Positions 51,676 through 63,697 of a stretch of DNA of 64,000 nt are shown one piece after another. The number at the start of each line of letters is the position of its first letter. Positions within the stretch are counted from its first letter, which is position 1. This DNA comes from Nemertoderma westbladi. Taxonomy: Eukaryota; Animalia; Xenacoelomorpha. Both the position numbers and the translations under genes were made by a program. Under the pieces are notes generated by a model. That model searched no databases, was not told the DNA's origin, and was given only the letters and a program-made list of their open reading frames with translations. The stretch is from contig JAUCBJ010000087.1 in assembly GCA_032718475.1 (NCBI GenBank), positions 6,961 through 70,960 on the forward strand, in the 5' to 3' direction.

Positions 51676-52222
51676 ACGACTACTATGATCGGCATGCTGC
51701 ATTGCAGCTGCATTTTTCAGAATGCTGTGCCAGCTTGTCGACAAAATTGCGCCGCCACAACTCCCTATCACACATGACATTTGCTAGATCATCCGCATCT
51801 TCAAGGCCAGTGTCCTTTAAGATGCGTCTCAAGAAAGTCACGGGCTGTCCACCATGCTTATTCACTCCATGAGGCTGCCAGAGTACAAGATTATGCACTG
51901 GCTGGTCCTCACGGCGAAAGCAATGTCCTGCAAAGCGGAGGCGATTTTGTTCTAGTGTCAAGCTTGGGGGGAACCAATGAGACACCTCCAATGTTATATA
52001 GTGTCTGGTTGGAGATGTGTGCATTGTACTTGACACAATGAACACGGTGTAGCATTCTTGTGAATGTGCCATCCAGAGATTTGGTGTCCTCAGCAGTTAG
52101 AGCCCAGCATGGACTCCCATAGAGGAGTACTGGAACTACTGCTGCTCTAAATAATCAGACCTTAATTTTCCGATTAATTCTCGGTGACTTCCAAATCCTG
52201 GAAAGCCTATTCAAGGCTGCAC
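51676..52222 (-). mobile_element. RTE LINE 3' end (family A)
   Basis: LEQNRLRFAGHCFRREDQPVHNLVLWQP...DRELWR, with a (TAG)n tail at the 51676 side. Confidence 0.88.
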
Positions 52223-52384
52223 ATAAAATGCCATAGAAGACGCACTATCCAATTTCTTTCGGCAGGCACCAACAAGATAATGGTGGATCGAAGTAGTGAG
52301 TAATAATAAATAGTAATATTATAAAATTTAATAATATTTTTATTTTAATAATTTTATATTAATATAGTATGGAGCGAATAAGCA

Positions 52385-52494
52385 TCCGAACTTGAGAGAA
52401 AAGAATTTGCGACAACTATGGAGAATCGGGAAGCCTGGAAGGATCTCATCCTTCCAGCATCCCATCCGAGTTCGCTCGACCTAGTAGTAGTAGT
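52385..52494 (+). mobile_element. Short RTE 3' end (family B)
   Basis: GACAACTATGGAGAATCGGGAAGCCTGGAAGGATCTCAT...GACCTAGTAGTAGTAG matches 39235-39314. Confidence 0.8.
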
Positions 52495-52778
52495 AAATAA
52501 ATAAATCGCGTAAATAGATAATACATTCAGCCTGGCCATTATACAGATTAATATTATCAACGATTAATTCCATTCTCGAACAGACAAATTATAGATTATT
52601 CGATTACGTAATTATTTTAATGTACTTAATTATATTTTATATTGTTTACAGTCAGAAAAAGGGTGGAAAGAAGGATCTAGAAGATGCTACTAGTGGGGCT
52701 GAAGCCGATAGCGAAGATGAAAGAATATTATATATTGATAAAAACAAAATGGTTTTGGCCCTAATTACGTTACGGATA

Positions 52779-53034
52779 ACTTTATGAAACTGGATGTACG
52801 TTTTGGTTAACTTTATGAAAGTGGATGTATGTTTCGGTTAACTTTATGAAAGTGGATGTACGTTTCGGTTAACTTTATGAAAGTGGATGTACGTTTCGGT
52901 TAACTTTATGAAACTGGATGTACGTTTCAGTTAACGTTATGAAACTGGATGTGCGTTTTGGTTAACTTTATGAAACTGGATGTACGTTTCGGTTACCTTT
53001 ATGAAAGTGTATGTACGTTTCGGTTAACTTTATG
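52779..53034. repeat. Tandem minisatellite, 31-bp unit AACTTTATGAAA(G/C)TGGATGTACGTTTCGGTT, about 8 copies
   Basis: Head-to-tail units with no spacers. Confidence 0.95.
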
Positions 53035-53890
53035 CAAGAACCTCATACATGTTGCTCAGCTGTAGTGTGAAGCTGGACCTCACACTTGGCTGTTGCAACA
53101 GAGAGGACCAGTCATGCCGCGGCAAGGCAGATTTCATTGTTCTGCTAGCACGCAGACTAAGTCTTACCTTGGCCACTATAAGGCGGTGATCACTGGAGAA
53201 GGGTCGAAGTGTAAATGCATTACAGTCTTGTATACAGCTCCTGTATTTCCTACGAAACAGAATATGGTCTATCTGGGACTTGTGACCACTGGGTCCACTA
53301 TGAGTCCATAGCTTTCCAGTTCGCTGCTTGAACTGGGTTCCAGCCGAAAACAATCCATTTCCAGAGATAAAATCCTGAAGATGGACGGAATTTCGGTTAA
53401 CACTATTGCTATAGACCCAGGGCGATGTAGGTGATTGATGCAGATTTGCATTAAAGTCTCCCAGGAATGTTAAGAATGCATGCTGACCCACTCCATCAGT
53501 AGCTGCTTGTAGATTATAGTAGAAATTTTCCACTTCCTCTACAGGGGCAACACTAGTTGGAGAGTAGCACACAATCAGAACCACCTTAGTAAACTTCTTA
53601 GCCAGTCTTCCAGAACATGAGAAGTGACAACGGATGATGCGGTTAGAGATTTGGTCTATTTTGTCCAATGCCGCATGTGCAGTTGGATTCATCAATAGAC
53701 AAATTCCACCACTACCACTATCATCTGCTGAAGCGAGGGCGAGTCGCCAACCGACCCCCATGTCCTTAATCAGAACCTCATCAGTCTGTCCAGTCTGCAT
53801 TCGGTGCTCTTGAACACCCACTGCGCTAAGAGAAAGCTTATCTGCCAAGGCAGTCAGCTCACCTTGTCGCATTGGGGACCCGAGTCTCAC
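53035..53890 (-). pseudogene. APE-type endonuclease domain of an RTE-clade LINE
   Basis: VGVQEHR, GGICLL, CYSPT, LGDFNA, SQIDHIL, SDHRLIVA. The frame stays open until it hits the 31-bp satellite. Confidence 0.92.
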
Positions 53891-54680
53891 TATGATTCAC
53901 AACCTGGTGTTTAATATCCTTCCTCACCCTCTTTCCGATAGCGTCATAACTCTTATGGGCATCCGTACGGACAACAGCGTCGGTGGCTGCCAAATGTTTA
54001 ATGGCGCTCTGCATTACTGGACCAGTGCGGTTCGGTATCACTCGCGCAAACATCTTCCTGGCCTTCTTACTGGGGGATATTTCCACAGCGGTTGCTAACC
54101 ATTGAGTCCTGCCGACACGCATTCGCTTGCCACAATTGTACTTCCGCTAGGGACTGCCGTATCGTCAAACACTCCGTTCTGGAAGGTGCAACCGGAAGCC
54201 TCATAATCAGCCTCATTAAACATGGCGATCATCTCGGTTACGTAGTTAATATAATCAGTGGCAGTCTTCAGATTAATGCAAAGCTCGTGGGCAATCTGAG
54301 CTCGATTGTAACAGTTGCAAAGCATATACAATAGAGCAAAAGAGGTGCGATGATCTAAACGCCCCCCTAGGCTTAGATACCCACCGGTTCGAAGTATCTT
54401 GGCAGGTTGACTCCCTCTCAAGCACGGCCGGATCGAAACCTCCAATACACAAGCTGTGATCCTGGGCGCTTCTTAGAACGCGATGGACGTGTCGACAGCT
54501 TCATCTCTTCGAAGCAGTGGCTACACAACGGCGGTTGATCCGGTCCCAGACCATGGCTGCACCACCAAGCCCATATCGTGGCCGAAGTCTCTTTAAAACA
54601 GTCCTCTAAGCGAATGTCGTTTAAACACTCAAAGGTGCATCCTGAACATGTAAAATAAGCTATAGCCAAGTCAGACGATT
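53886..54680 (-). pseudogene. Divergent Merlin/ISXO2 (IS1595-family)-like transposase, frameshifted and C-terminally truncated
   Basis: CSHC...YW zinc ribbon, HTH-like RAQIAHELCINLKTATDY, GRTQWLATAVE, VIPNRTGPVMQSAI, VRTDAHKSY and HQVVNHSE parallel the motif order of the 60480 ORF. Confidence 0.7.
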
Positions 54681-55109
54681 AGAGCAAAAAAACCAAAGCA
54701 AGAAAACGTACTGTCAGAGGATAGGCAAGTCTGTATGTAGACCGGTAATACTAGGTATTGGCATGCTGTGTACGAAAGTAATAAGAGGGACCAGTGGCTT
54801 TGTTGGTCGGGGTGGAACATGAGAGTAAGTAGCCTCCAAGTCAAGAATCCCTCCCCCCCTCACAATCTGGCCTCCCTGGTGACCCAGGGTTTAGGCCAGA
54901 AAGGTCATCAGGAAAGGGACTTAAAGAATTGTTGGCTGCTCTCTCTCCAGTAGGGGGTGAGACAGGCAGCCGGTCAGGAGATAACTGATGCCTGTGAGGC
55001 TGATTGTTTTCTGGTAATTCCACTGGCCTCTAGTGGCCGGACCTCCGCATTACTAATGTAATCCATAGTGGGGGTTGGACTTCTCTAACACACATAATGT
55101 GTGCGACCT

Positions 55110-56058
55110 TCCTAACCTATACATAAACTCTAAAGCTATAAAATACACCGATAGCAGCAAAATACTTGGAATTTGGATAGACAAAAATTTATTGTGGAAA
55201 ACTCACACCAACTACGTTCTTAAAAAAATATCATAATCTGCAGGTATATTTTATAAACTCAGATATATCTTTCCTTCACATATTCTACAGCAACTGTACT
55301 TCTCACTAGTTCATCCTTATCTTCAGTACGGCATCACTCTCTGGGGCAGGACCTACTCTACTACTCTCCATCCCATCCGTGTTAAGATCAACAAAATTAT
55401 CCGATGCATTACCTTTAATCACAACCAATCGTCCTCCGCCCCAATATAGAAATCATTACATATTCTTCCACTCCATTTACTGTATAAACACCAGATAGGT
55501 ATATTTATGTATGAACTCTATAAAAAACTACAGATCTTACCTTAGAAATAAGAAACTTATTCACCTTAACCTCGACCGTTCATAACCACAAAACCCGGTC
55601 AGTAGCCACAGCCAACTACAGGGTTCCTTTGGTTCGACTGAACACCAGCCAGCACTCCCTGAGTTTTCAAGGCCCATCCATCTGAATTCCAACTTCTTTC
55701 AAAAATAGAAAAACTAAAATAATGCTCATCTACTTGATTCACTTTAATTTTTTTTCATTGACCTCTTATATACATATGTAACGATTATCACTGTATTCAT
55801 TTAAATTTATAAATAATAATATATTTTGTCTTATATTCACTCTTAAACACACTCTTAAATTGCCCTAACATTAGTAGTACACCCCCCCCCCCCCCCCCCC
55901 CCCCCCCCCTATCCTCTCCCCTCACCAAGGGCAGCAGCACCTACTAGTTACTATTGCTATTAGCTACTGTCCTTTCCTGTATACCGGTATAGTTATTGTT
56001 TATATTACAATAATTATGTTAAAAGGAAGAATAAACTAATTGAATTGAATTGAATTGA
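55110..56058 (+). mobile_element. CR1/L2-type LINE, continuation and 3' end
   Basis: PNLYINSKAIKYTDSSK.LGIWIDKNLLWKTH, LYFSLVHPYLQYGITLWG, SFQGPSI. Ends AATAAA followed by (ATTGA)n at ~56030-56058. Confidence 0.88.
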
Positions 56059-57194
56059 TCGAGGTTATGATAATTCTGATTAATTATTTTCTAATCTGTC
56101 AACTACATCTCAACTACTCGACTACTCAACTCAACTCAACTACTTAACTAGTCGATTACTGGGCCTGTTTCAAAAAAAGTCAATTTGGTAATGTATGTAA
56201 AATTCGCAACTTTGGACAGAACTAGCTCAAACAGATGTGACTTAAATCAAAAAAGTTTGTGCTAGGACATACCTGGGAGTGTCGGTTTTCCACAAAGTGA
56301 AACACTTGATTATATACCTAGGCATTCTTGTTTACTTGAGCTTAGAATTTATAGTAACATATGGAACGCAGAAAAATGGCTAAATTTGCAAAGTTACAGA
56401 CATTCAAATTCCTGTGAGAGGTTTAATATATCTATGTTTTTCTTTCCATTATCTCATAGCCATATATATATTCGAGGTTCTCTGGAAAACATAAACCAAT
56501 ATTATAAGATGAACCTTTCAAAAAATATACCCATTGCAGTGACCATATGGACAGTAACGTATGGACAAAAGGACACATTTTATATTTTGAGTTATATTGT
56601 AAAATTAAGGTATTGGAGCCATTTTGCAAGCAAGCCGAGTCACATAGCACCAAATAATTTAAGCACAATGATTGGCAATAGATAAATTACTGGTTCTTAT
56701 AAAAAAAAACCTTACAAAAATTAAAGAGTATTAGAAATCAGAGTAAACACAGCAATTAAACTCGATTAAACAGAAAACAATCCATCCGGTTATATAGCTT
56801 AGTCTGGTGGGGTGGTAAGCTACATTTTAACGAAAATACTCTTACCCTATTCCTTTGAGAATCCATAGTATACTGGTTCTTTACTTTTACGTCCAGATCT
56901 CGAAGTCGAAGTATAAGAATGGATTTCTAGGCCACCTTCACCTTCTCCAGTCTCGAAATCCTCGCTATAATCATGTTCAGCTATAATGTTGTTGCTGTGA
57001 GATTTCAGCAGTTCATAGAATGTGAGCCCCAGACCGTCCCTCACAATATGGTGTACTTTAAGAGTTCCATATATATAATTGGCCCCCCCGTGTTAAAGTC
57101 ATCATCATCTACTTCGTCTATCATGTCCCTCTTGTCTTCATGGGGATTGCATGAAGCGTAACAGGGCAAAAACTTCTATCTGTCTTGATTTCAT

Positions 57195-57560
57195 AAGCCC
57201 TCGGCTTCATTTCCTGCGAACTTGTTCCACCTGACAATATTAATATCTTCCACCTTAATATTCATCGTTTCTTGTCCTGGATGTACTCCAAACTGCATTG
57301 TAAACACAGAATATAATGTATTTCGCAAACGTACTGGGGTATCAGCTCCAAGTTGCCCCTGTTGTTTGAGAATTCTAAAATCTTCTGAAGTTAGAGGATC
57401 ACTAGCCATAGGCTAATTTCCTTTGCCGGCTCCCTTCAGTACATTAAGTCTAGTTCTTAAAACCGTCTTAATCTTAGAAAATTCAGGATGGTCTATTACA
57501 TTTCCCTTTCCTATTCCTTTGAAATATCGTAATAACCGATTCCGTGAAATCTTCCAATCC
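57195..57560 (-). pseudogene. Crypton-type tyrosine recombinase (DUF3504-like) fragment
   Basis: HPEFSKIKTVLRTRLNVLKGAGKGN*PMASDPLTSEDFRILKQQGQLGADTPVRLRNTLYSVFTMQFGVHPGQETMNIKVEDI. Confidence 0.8.
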
Positions 57561-57569
57561 CAAGCACAC

Positions 57570-57830
57570 ATGGTTTCTCCAATATGTACATGACTTTTGC
57601 CCCCACCGTTTGTCACACCCCAACCAAAAGCCCCCCATTTTCTTGTCCTCAGCACTGTTCCATGTTGCTTTGCAAAGTTTGCACTGATTCGCGGTGGTTA
57701 ACCGTCTTTTCTTGATTATTGGTTCCACCCTGGTCATTGAGGCCAGTCCCGGGGCAACATCTGCTTGAGAAAGCTGCCGACTTACAGTAGGTGCCGTGAT
57801 CGAAGTCTGACGATTTTTTGTCTGAAAATA
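57570..57830 (-). pseudogene. PHD-like Cys-rich fragment adjoining the Crypton remnant
   Basis: CKLCKATWNSAEDKKMGGFWLGCDKRWGQKSCTYW. Confidence 0.5.
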
Positions 57831-58439
57831 TTGAATTATTATTAACAAGTTTTTTTTTATTATTGTCGAAGAAAGAAAAAAATATTTAAAATTATTGTGA
57901 ATATTTTATAATTATATAATAAATTGTTCGGTGCATAGTACATATTTATCATTGAGTCCGCCATTGTCACGCTCTTGATAAAGTTGTACAAAGTATTATA
58001 AAGTATTATAAATTTGTATAAAAACTAACATCCATTCCATTTGCCTCAATGTTATTCTTTAATGTATAAAATCCCGAATCAGGGTGTATGAAAACACGGA
58101 TCTCTTTCTCTTTTCGGATTAGTATAGCAATACCACAACTTTCTGGCGTTTATTGATTGAATTTATCAACCTATTAACATTTTAATCCAGGAATTAATAA
58201 TAATTGTGTTTGTGATTTCAATTTCAATTTTGTATTCAAGTTTTTTATTATATTAACTTGATTGTGAATAATATAATATCATAATATTAAATATAATATA
58301 ACTTATGTATAATAATATTTAATGTTTATTAACATAATCCATCCGTGTTTGTATTTTCTTTAGAGGCTATATTGTTAATCCACTTAAAGGTCACGTATTT
58401 GATTGTTAATTTATTAAAATACTTATTATTTAGGGAAGT

Positions 58440-59620
58440 TACTAAAAGTAAATAGAATTGGCTATTTGTGATTTTTGTAATGCAGCACCTATTACCGTAT
58501 TTACCCGAATAAACGTTCCCTGAACATAGCAACTTAAACGCCCTCCCCGAATAAACCAATTAGAAATTCATAGCCTTAAATGTCCGGGCGTTAATTCAGG
58601 TAGATACGCTATTTATAAAAATTAACTTTGTTCACTTAAAAAGATTTACGCATTTATTTACTATTTATTATACTATATTTTTGGACAGGGGGAAATTGCA
58701 TGCAAATCACATCTCAGTGAATTAATATATTGTCACGGTGGATTAACAATATTAATTGACAATTATTGCGAACTTTGTTCCATTCTCTGTAAATTACTTT
58801 CAGTTTGTGTATTTTGATTATTTATTAGATATATTTAGTACATCTTAGTTAATGCATAGTTGGATTACAATTTTTCAACTATGCATGCAAAGGATGTGAA
58901 AATTCGAGAATCAGACAATTATTTGATATCTATATATCAGATCAGTATAATATCTGTATTATCCTATATGTACGTATACTTATACTTACCCTATAATGTT
59001 GTTGAATGTCAAAGTTGATAAAAAAAGAGTTTGCCATTGGAGAGTTGTATTATTACAAGAGTATTACTATTACCCGGTTGATCGAGCAGGTGACCCATTA
59101 ATGGGTGGGTGCTACCCAGGTTGAGGGGGCGGTGGTACACAGGTTGAGGTGTGGTACACACGTTGAGGGAACAGGTGGTACCCAGGTTGAGGGGGCAGGT
59201 AGTGCACAGGTTGAGGGGGCAGGTGGTACACAAGTTGAGGGGGCAGGTGTTACACAGGTTGAGTGGGCATGTGTTGCACAGGTTTAGGGGGCATGTGGTA
59301 CACAGGTTGAGGGGCCGTTTGGTACACAGGTTGAGTGGGCATGTGTTGCACAGGTTTAGGGGGCATGTGGTACACAGGTTGAGGGGCCGTTTGGTACACA
59401 GGTTGAGGGGGCGTGTGGTACACAGGTTGAGGGGGCGTGTGGTACACAGGTTGAGGGGGCAGGTGGTTCCCAGGTTGAGGAGCCAAGTTACCAGGTTGAG
59501 GGGCCGACCATTTAGGGCTAGCTTGTCGAAAAAAACGTACTCTAAAATTTCTAAAATACATTCGACATCAAGTGGCAAGTGTGTGTTTAACTGCAGATAA
59601 GCATCGAGCTCATACATTGC
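58440..59620. repeat. Duplicated block, copy 2 (with 24-bp minisatellite at 59105-59510)
   Basis: Collinear with 44565-46020, with indels. Confidence 0.9.
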
Positions 59621-60378
59621 ATATAGTTCATTTACGAAATAATGACAATCTTTTTTGTCTGATTTTTAGATCCTGTTGCCATGGAGACGGCATTCAAGTT
59701 TAGTGTTGCGATTTCAAACGCCTTTAATTATACCATTAGTTACAAAATATGCAACAAAGTTAGTTAAATTATGTTTATTTTATTAGCGTGGCCTTTCTGT
59801 AACTTTAGACAAGGTTATCTAAATTGGGCTGATATTTATTTCCTAACCTGGCATTGTTTGAGTGTTAACATAATTATTAAAGATTACAAATTTCAGCGAT
59901 TATAACATTTAGGTGATGTTTCTATGTTAACTATATTTGTTATTTCCAGTTTAGCTCCTTTCTACTGTACTGTGCATCTTATTTTATTGTACCCGTCTTC
60001 ATAAATCGATACCGTAAGGGATAGTACAGATAAAGTGCATAAGTACCTACCTGTGTTCCAACGTACGATATAATAATATTTATAATATACCCAATTTTGA
60101 GTTGGGTACAACAGTACTTTTTCTTGGGGCACCATTTCGATATGGAGAATTGGGTTTGGAATTCATAACTAATGATGATCATTAGTTATGATTATTAGTT
60201 ATTGATCATTAGTTAGGCCTATGATTACTCACATTTAGTGTTTTCTTCATGGAATAGCTAGTGAGTTTCCAGGTCTCCATTTCAATGCGACTTATTCTAT
60301 GTATCTATTACTTGATATAGTTGTAGTTTCTTATACGGTGAGTCGAATTGTTCATTTAATTATCATCGATATATTTTT

Positions 60379-61417
60379 GGTACTTCTGCAGTATACCCCC
60401 ACACCTTGATATATGTTTTATCACTTTCCTTTACTACCGCTATGGTGACTAGATTCTAGAACACAATTATTGTGGCAAAATGTCTTTAGGCAAGTTAAAT
60501 TTGCGTGAATTGGTGCTACGTACAAGTACTGTAGCTGATTCATTACAGCTATGCAGAGACAATTTTCTGTTGACAACCAGCAGTACTTGTTTGTGTGGTA
60601 GTGATATGAAACTTAGGGCGACGAAGCACTGCAAGGATGGAGAAATTTGGCGTTGCCCACGTCCCTGCATGAAGGAGAGCACAATAAGGAAAGGTTCTTT
60701 TTTCGCTGGAAGTAATTTACCAATAAGTACACTTCTTGAATTCTCGTACTATTGGGCCTATGAAGAAGTGTCCATGGAAATGGCGAGGCGGGAATTCGGA
60801 ATGAGCGACCACACCACTGTTGATTGGAAGAACTTTCATCGAGATATTTGTGCACAGTCGTTATTAAACAATTCAGCAAAAATTGGTTGTAGTGGGCACA
60901 TTGTGGAGGTGGATGAGAGCCTTTTTGTTCGCAGGAAACACAATGTTGGACGCGAAGTGGGCCAGGAATGGGTGTTCGGAGCCATTGATGTGAGTACTAG
61001 GGCATGTTTTTTGGTACCAGTTGCCTACCGTAATGCTGACACTTTGCTCCCTATTATACAAGAGTACATTCTCCCAGATACATTAATCAGGTCCGATCTC
61101 TGGAAGGCATACAATGGGATTGAAAATCTTCCTGAGGGCTATTCACACGAAACCGTGAATCATAGTAAGAACTTTGTTGACCCAGAGAGTGGAGCCCACA
61201 CGCAGAATATCGAGAACTTGTGGATGCGTGCCAAACGCAGGAACAAGAGAGAGTGTGGAACTCATAGATCCTTGTTACGCACATATTTCATTGAATTCAT
61301 GTGGCGAGAATCAAAGAGAAAGGAAGAAAACAAATTTGAACATTTAATAAATGACATAGTACAATTGTATAAATGTTAAGAAATTGAGAGGGTGTGGGGG
61401 TATACTGCAGAAGTACC
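60379..61417 (+). mobile_element. Complete Merlin (IS1016/ISXO2-like) DNA transposon, 1039 bp
   Basis: Perfect 27-bp TIR GGTACTTCTGCAGTATACCCCCACACC and an 8-bp TSD ATATTTTT (60371-60378, 61418-61425). Confidence 0.97.
60480..61379 (+). CDS. Merlin DDE transposase, 299 aa, intact
   Basis: CLCG...WRCPRPC zinc ribbon, SIRKGSFF-like motif, VEVDES, WVFGAID, IRSDLWKAY, HETVNHSKNFVDP, HTQNIENLW. Confidence 0.95.
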   Translation: MSLGKLNLRELVLRTSTVADSLQLCRDNFLLTTSSTCLCGSDMKLRATKHCKDGEIWRCPRPCMKESTIRKGSFFAGSNLPISTLLEFSYYWAYEEVSMEMARREFGMSDHTTVDWKNFHRDICAQSLLNNSAKIGCSGHIVEVDESLFVRRKHNVGREVGQEWVFGAIDVSTRACFLVPVAYRNADTLLPIIQEYILPDTLIRSDLWKAYNGIENLPEGYSHETVNHSKNFVDPESGAHTQNIENLWMRAKRRNKRECGTHRSLLRTYFIEFMWRESKRKEENKFEHLINDIVQLYKC

Positions 61418-61849
61418 ATATTTTTTAATGTTTATTTTATGTTCTTTTAATACTTAAAATGGTACTATATGTTTGCGTAGTTCTCTAGCAATATAACAGT
61501 TGAAGATAGCTAATCGAATTACGAAGCCTAGCAATTACTGTAAACAATTATAAAATGACTAGTACGAACATTCATAAGATATTATTGGTGCCACCTGTAA
61601 AAAACAGTAACTATTGTATCTGGTAAAAAAAATAGCTAGTAAAATCTCAAAAATTGATCATATTTAAAAGTCAATAGATAAAATGTGGTTAACGGGCCGG
61701 TACTAGTTAACGGGTCGGGACTAGAGTCATCCGACTCCCTTACAGGTTGCCCTTGGAGTCTACCTAGGTATTGCCAAGCAAACTACTGTATAAACGAATT
61801 TAAGTTTCATGAATTGTACGAAATCGACGCATTCACTAGCTATGCTAAT

Positions 61850-63697
61850 AACCCAACGAAACAGGAATATTGAACCTACCGTATCACTTGTGGATGAAGC
61901 GGATCATTCTATACTGAGATTGACCAAAAAGGAAATGTCAAAAGAACTAGATTATAACATAGATATCAAGAGTTATACTGGTATTTCAAACCCGGTAATG
62001 CCTTGCCATTAAAAGTTTTGGCGGGGTCTGCTATTATGGTCTAATCGAGCTAAATGTATTGACTATGAGTTCCTCAAAGATGTCACTATGTAATTTGGTA
62101 TTTTCATGTTCAGTACGGTGGACTTACATTAGGGGGGATGCATATATTACTGAGTTTCATTGGATCCATAGGAAGTTTAATGGTTGAAACCGGCCTCTCT
62201 GAAGTCTATCGTGTGTATTTTGGCGGTGTTTCGAAGATGTTTTCTGGGAAAAACTTTCCACAGAACATGCGCGCTATGCGCATTTTCGAGGATAAATATT
62301 CTGTATTTGTTCTATTATTACATTTTTATCTGAGGGAAAGTACAGGTATAACCAATTAAATTTTTCATGAAGTCCCCATTAAAAAACCGTACCGCAGTAA
62401 TAGTCGTGGGAGAAACTGTAAAAATGCATCGTGGCATCATAGGAAATATTTTGGGAGGCCATGCATTATCTGGTTGTGACACGGTTGCGAGTATGTTTGG
62501 GATTGGCAAAGCGAAAGTCATCACGGCTTTGGATAAAGGACTCACTCTTGCTTGTTTGGGAGATATGGAAGCTCCGCAATCTACAGTCTTAATGGAATGT
62601 ACTAACTTTATAACTGACTGGCGTGACTGCTATGGATATGACTCAGATAACATGAGCCAGTCACGACAAAAGGTGTGCACAGAAAAAAACAATTACCAGC
62701 TGTGCAAAGCTGCAAACAATACCACCAACCACTGACTCCTTCTCAGAGAACGTGAAAAGAGTCCATTTGCAAGTAATGGTGTGGAAGAACACAATGGAAA
62801 TTAGACCACCTAGTGTAGACCCGAGAATATGGGTGGAGAATAGCTAACAATCAACTTTCCCCGATTGTAATCCCTGAGGGCATACCACCAGCTCCGGAAT
62901 GTATTTTGCAATTAAATCGGTGTAACTGTTCACCCAAAATCCCATGTAAATCGCAGAAGTGCACCTGCAGAAAAAACCAACCTGATTGCAAAGAATTTTA
63001 CAACTGCAATAAAGGTTCATGCACAAACTTTTCGTAATCTCATATTGTATTATAATCAAACAATGAATAATATAAAATGCATAGTCTCCATATTCGCCAT
63101 CCATTAACTAAATTTTGTATATTTAGCATTAAAAAAGCGTTATAAACAAACAGGAGACAAATTATTTATATATACATTTCAAGGTAATAATTTTCTGTTA
63201 AGGTTTTAAATGCTTCAGATGTGGTTTCCATGAATACGGGTATTTGTTGCTAACCATACTTCTACACAAAATTGATGTGGTGTATATTATTCAGGGAAAC
63301 ATTTTATTAATAAAGTGCACACACGAAACAAGACACACATGAGTGTCAGTAGGCATAGTAGTTTTTCATTTGGAAAGATAGAGCAATGGCTGCAGTGCTT
63401 TCGTTACCATAGCAACACTTCAATTTTTTCTCTAAAATTCTCATATTTTCGATCAAAATTACAACCAGTTCAAGTCGTTCAACAGTTAATCGCCATTCTG
63501 ATTGCTAAGCTTTCATAGAAATTGCTGTAGTCCATAGAAACAAACGGGTCATTAATTCAAATTGCCCAAGGTGTCAAAGTCCTTAAATCACATTTTTATG
63601 TTAAGAGGGACCCCTAGACACCAAAACATCCAAAAAATGTAATCCGTCCAAAATTTTCGGTTGGGCCAAAAAGAGGTATGTGGCTGCCGCGGACTAT
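61850..63697 (+). mobile_element. AcademX-like DNA transposon remnant (transposase, XPG-like and Cys-rich pieces)
   Basis: LGGMHILLSFIGSIGSLMVETGL...SGKNFPQNMRA, HALSGCDTVASMFGIGKAK (H3TH-like), IPPTTDSFSENVKRVHLQVMVWK, and PAPECILQL..CNC....CKSQKCTC. Probable end ...GCCGCGGACTA. Confidence 0.7.

Noticed and set aside
52779-53034. Possible CRISPR array (31-bp repeat)
   Set aside because: No spacers; an ordinary minisatellite.
59009-59617. Cys-rich keratin-associated or metallothionein-like ORF (CTTCPLNL repeats; also 45477-46025)
   Set aside because: An alternative reading of the 24-bp minisatellite; the frame is not preserved between the two copies.
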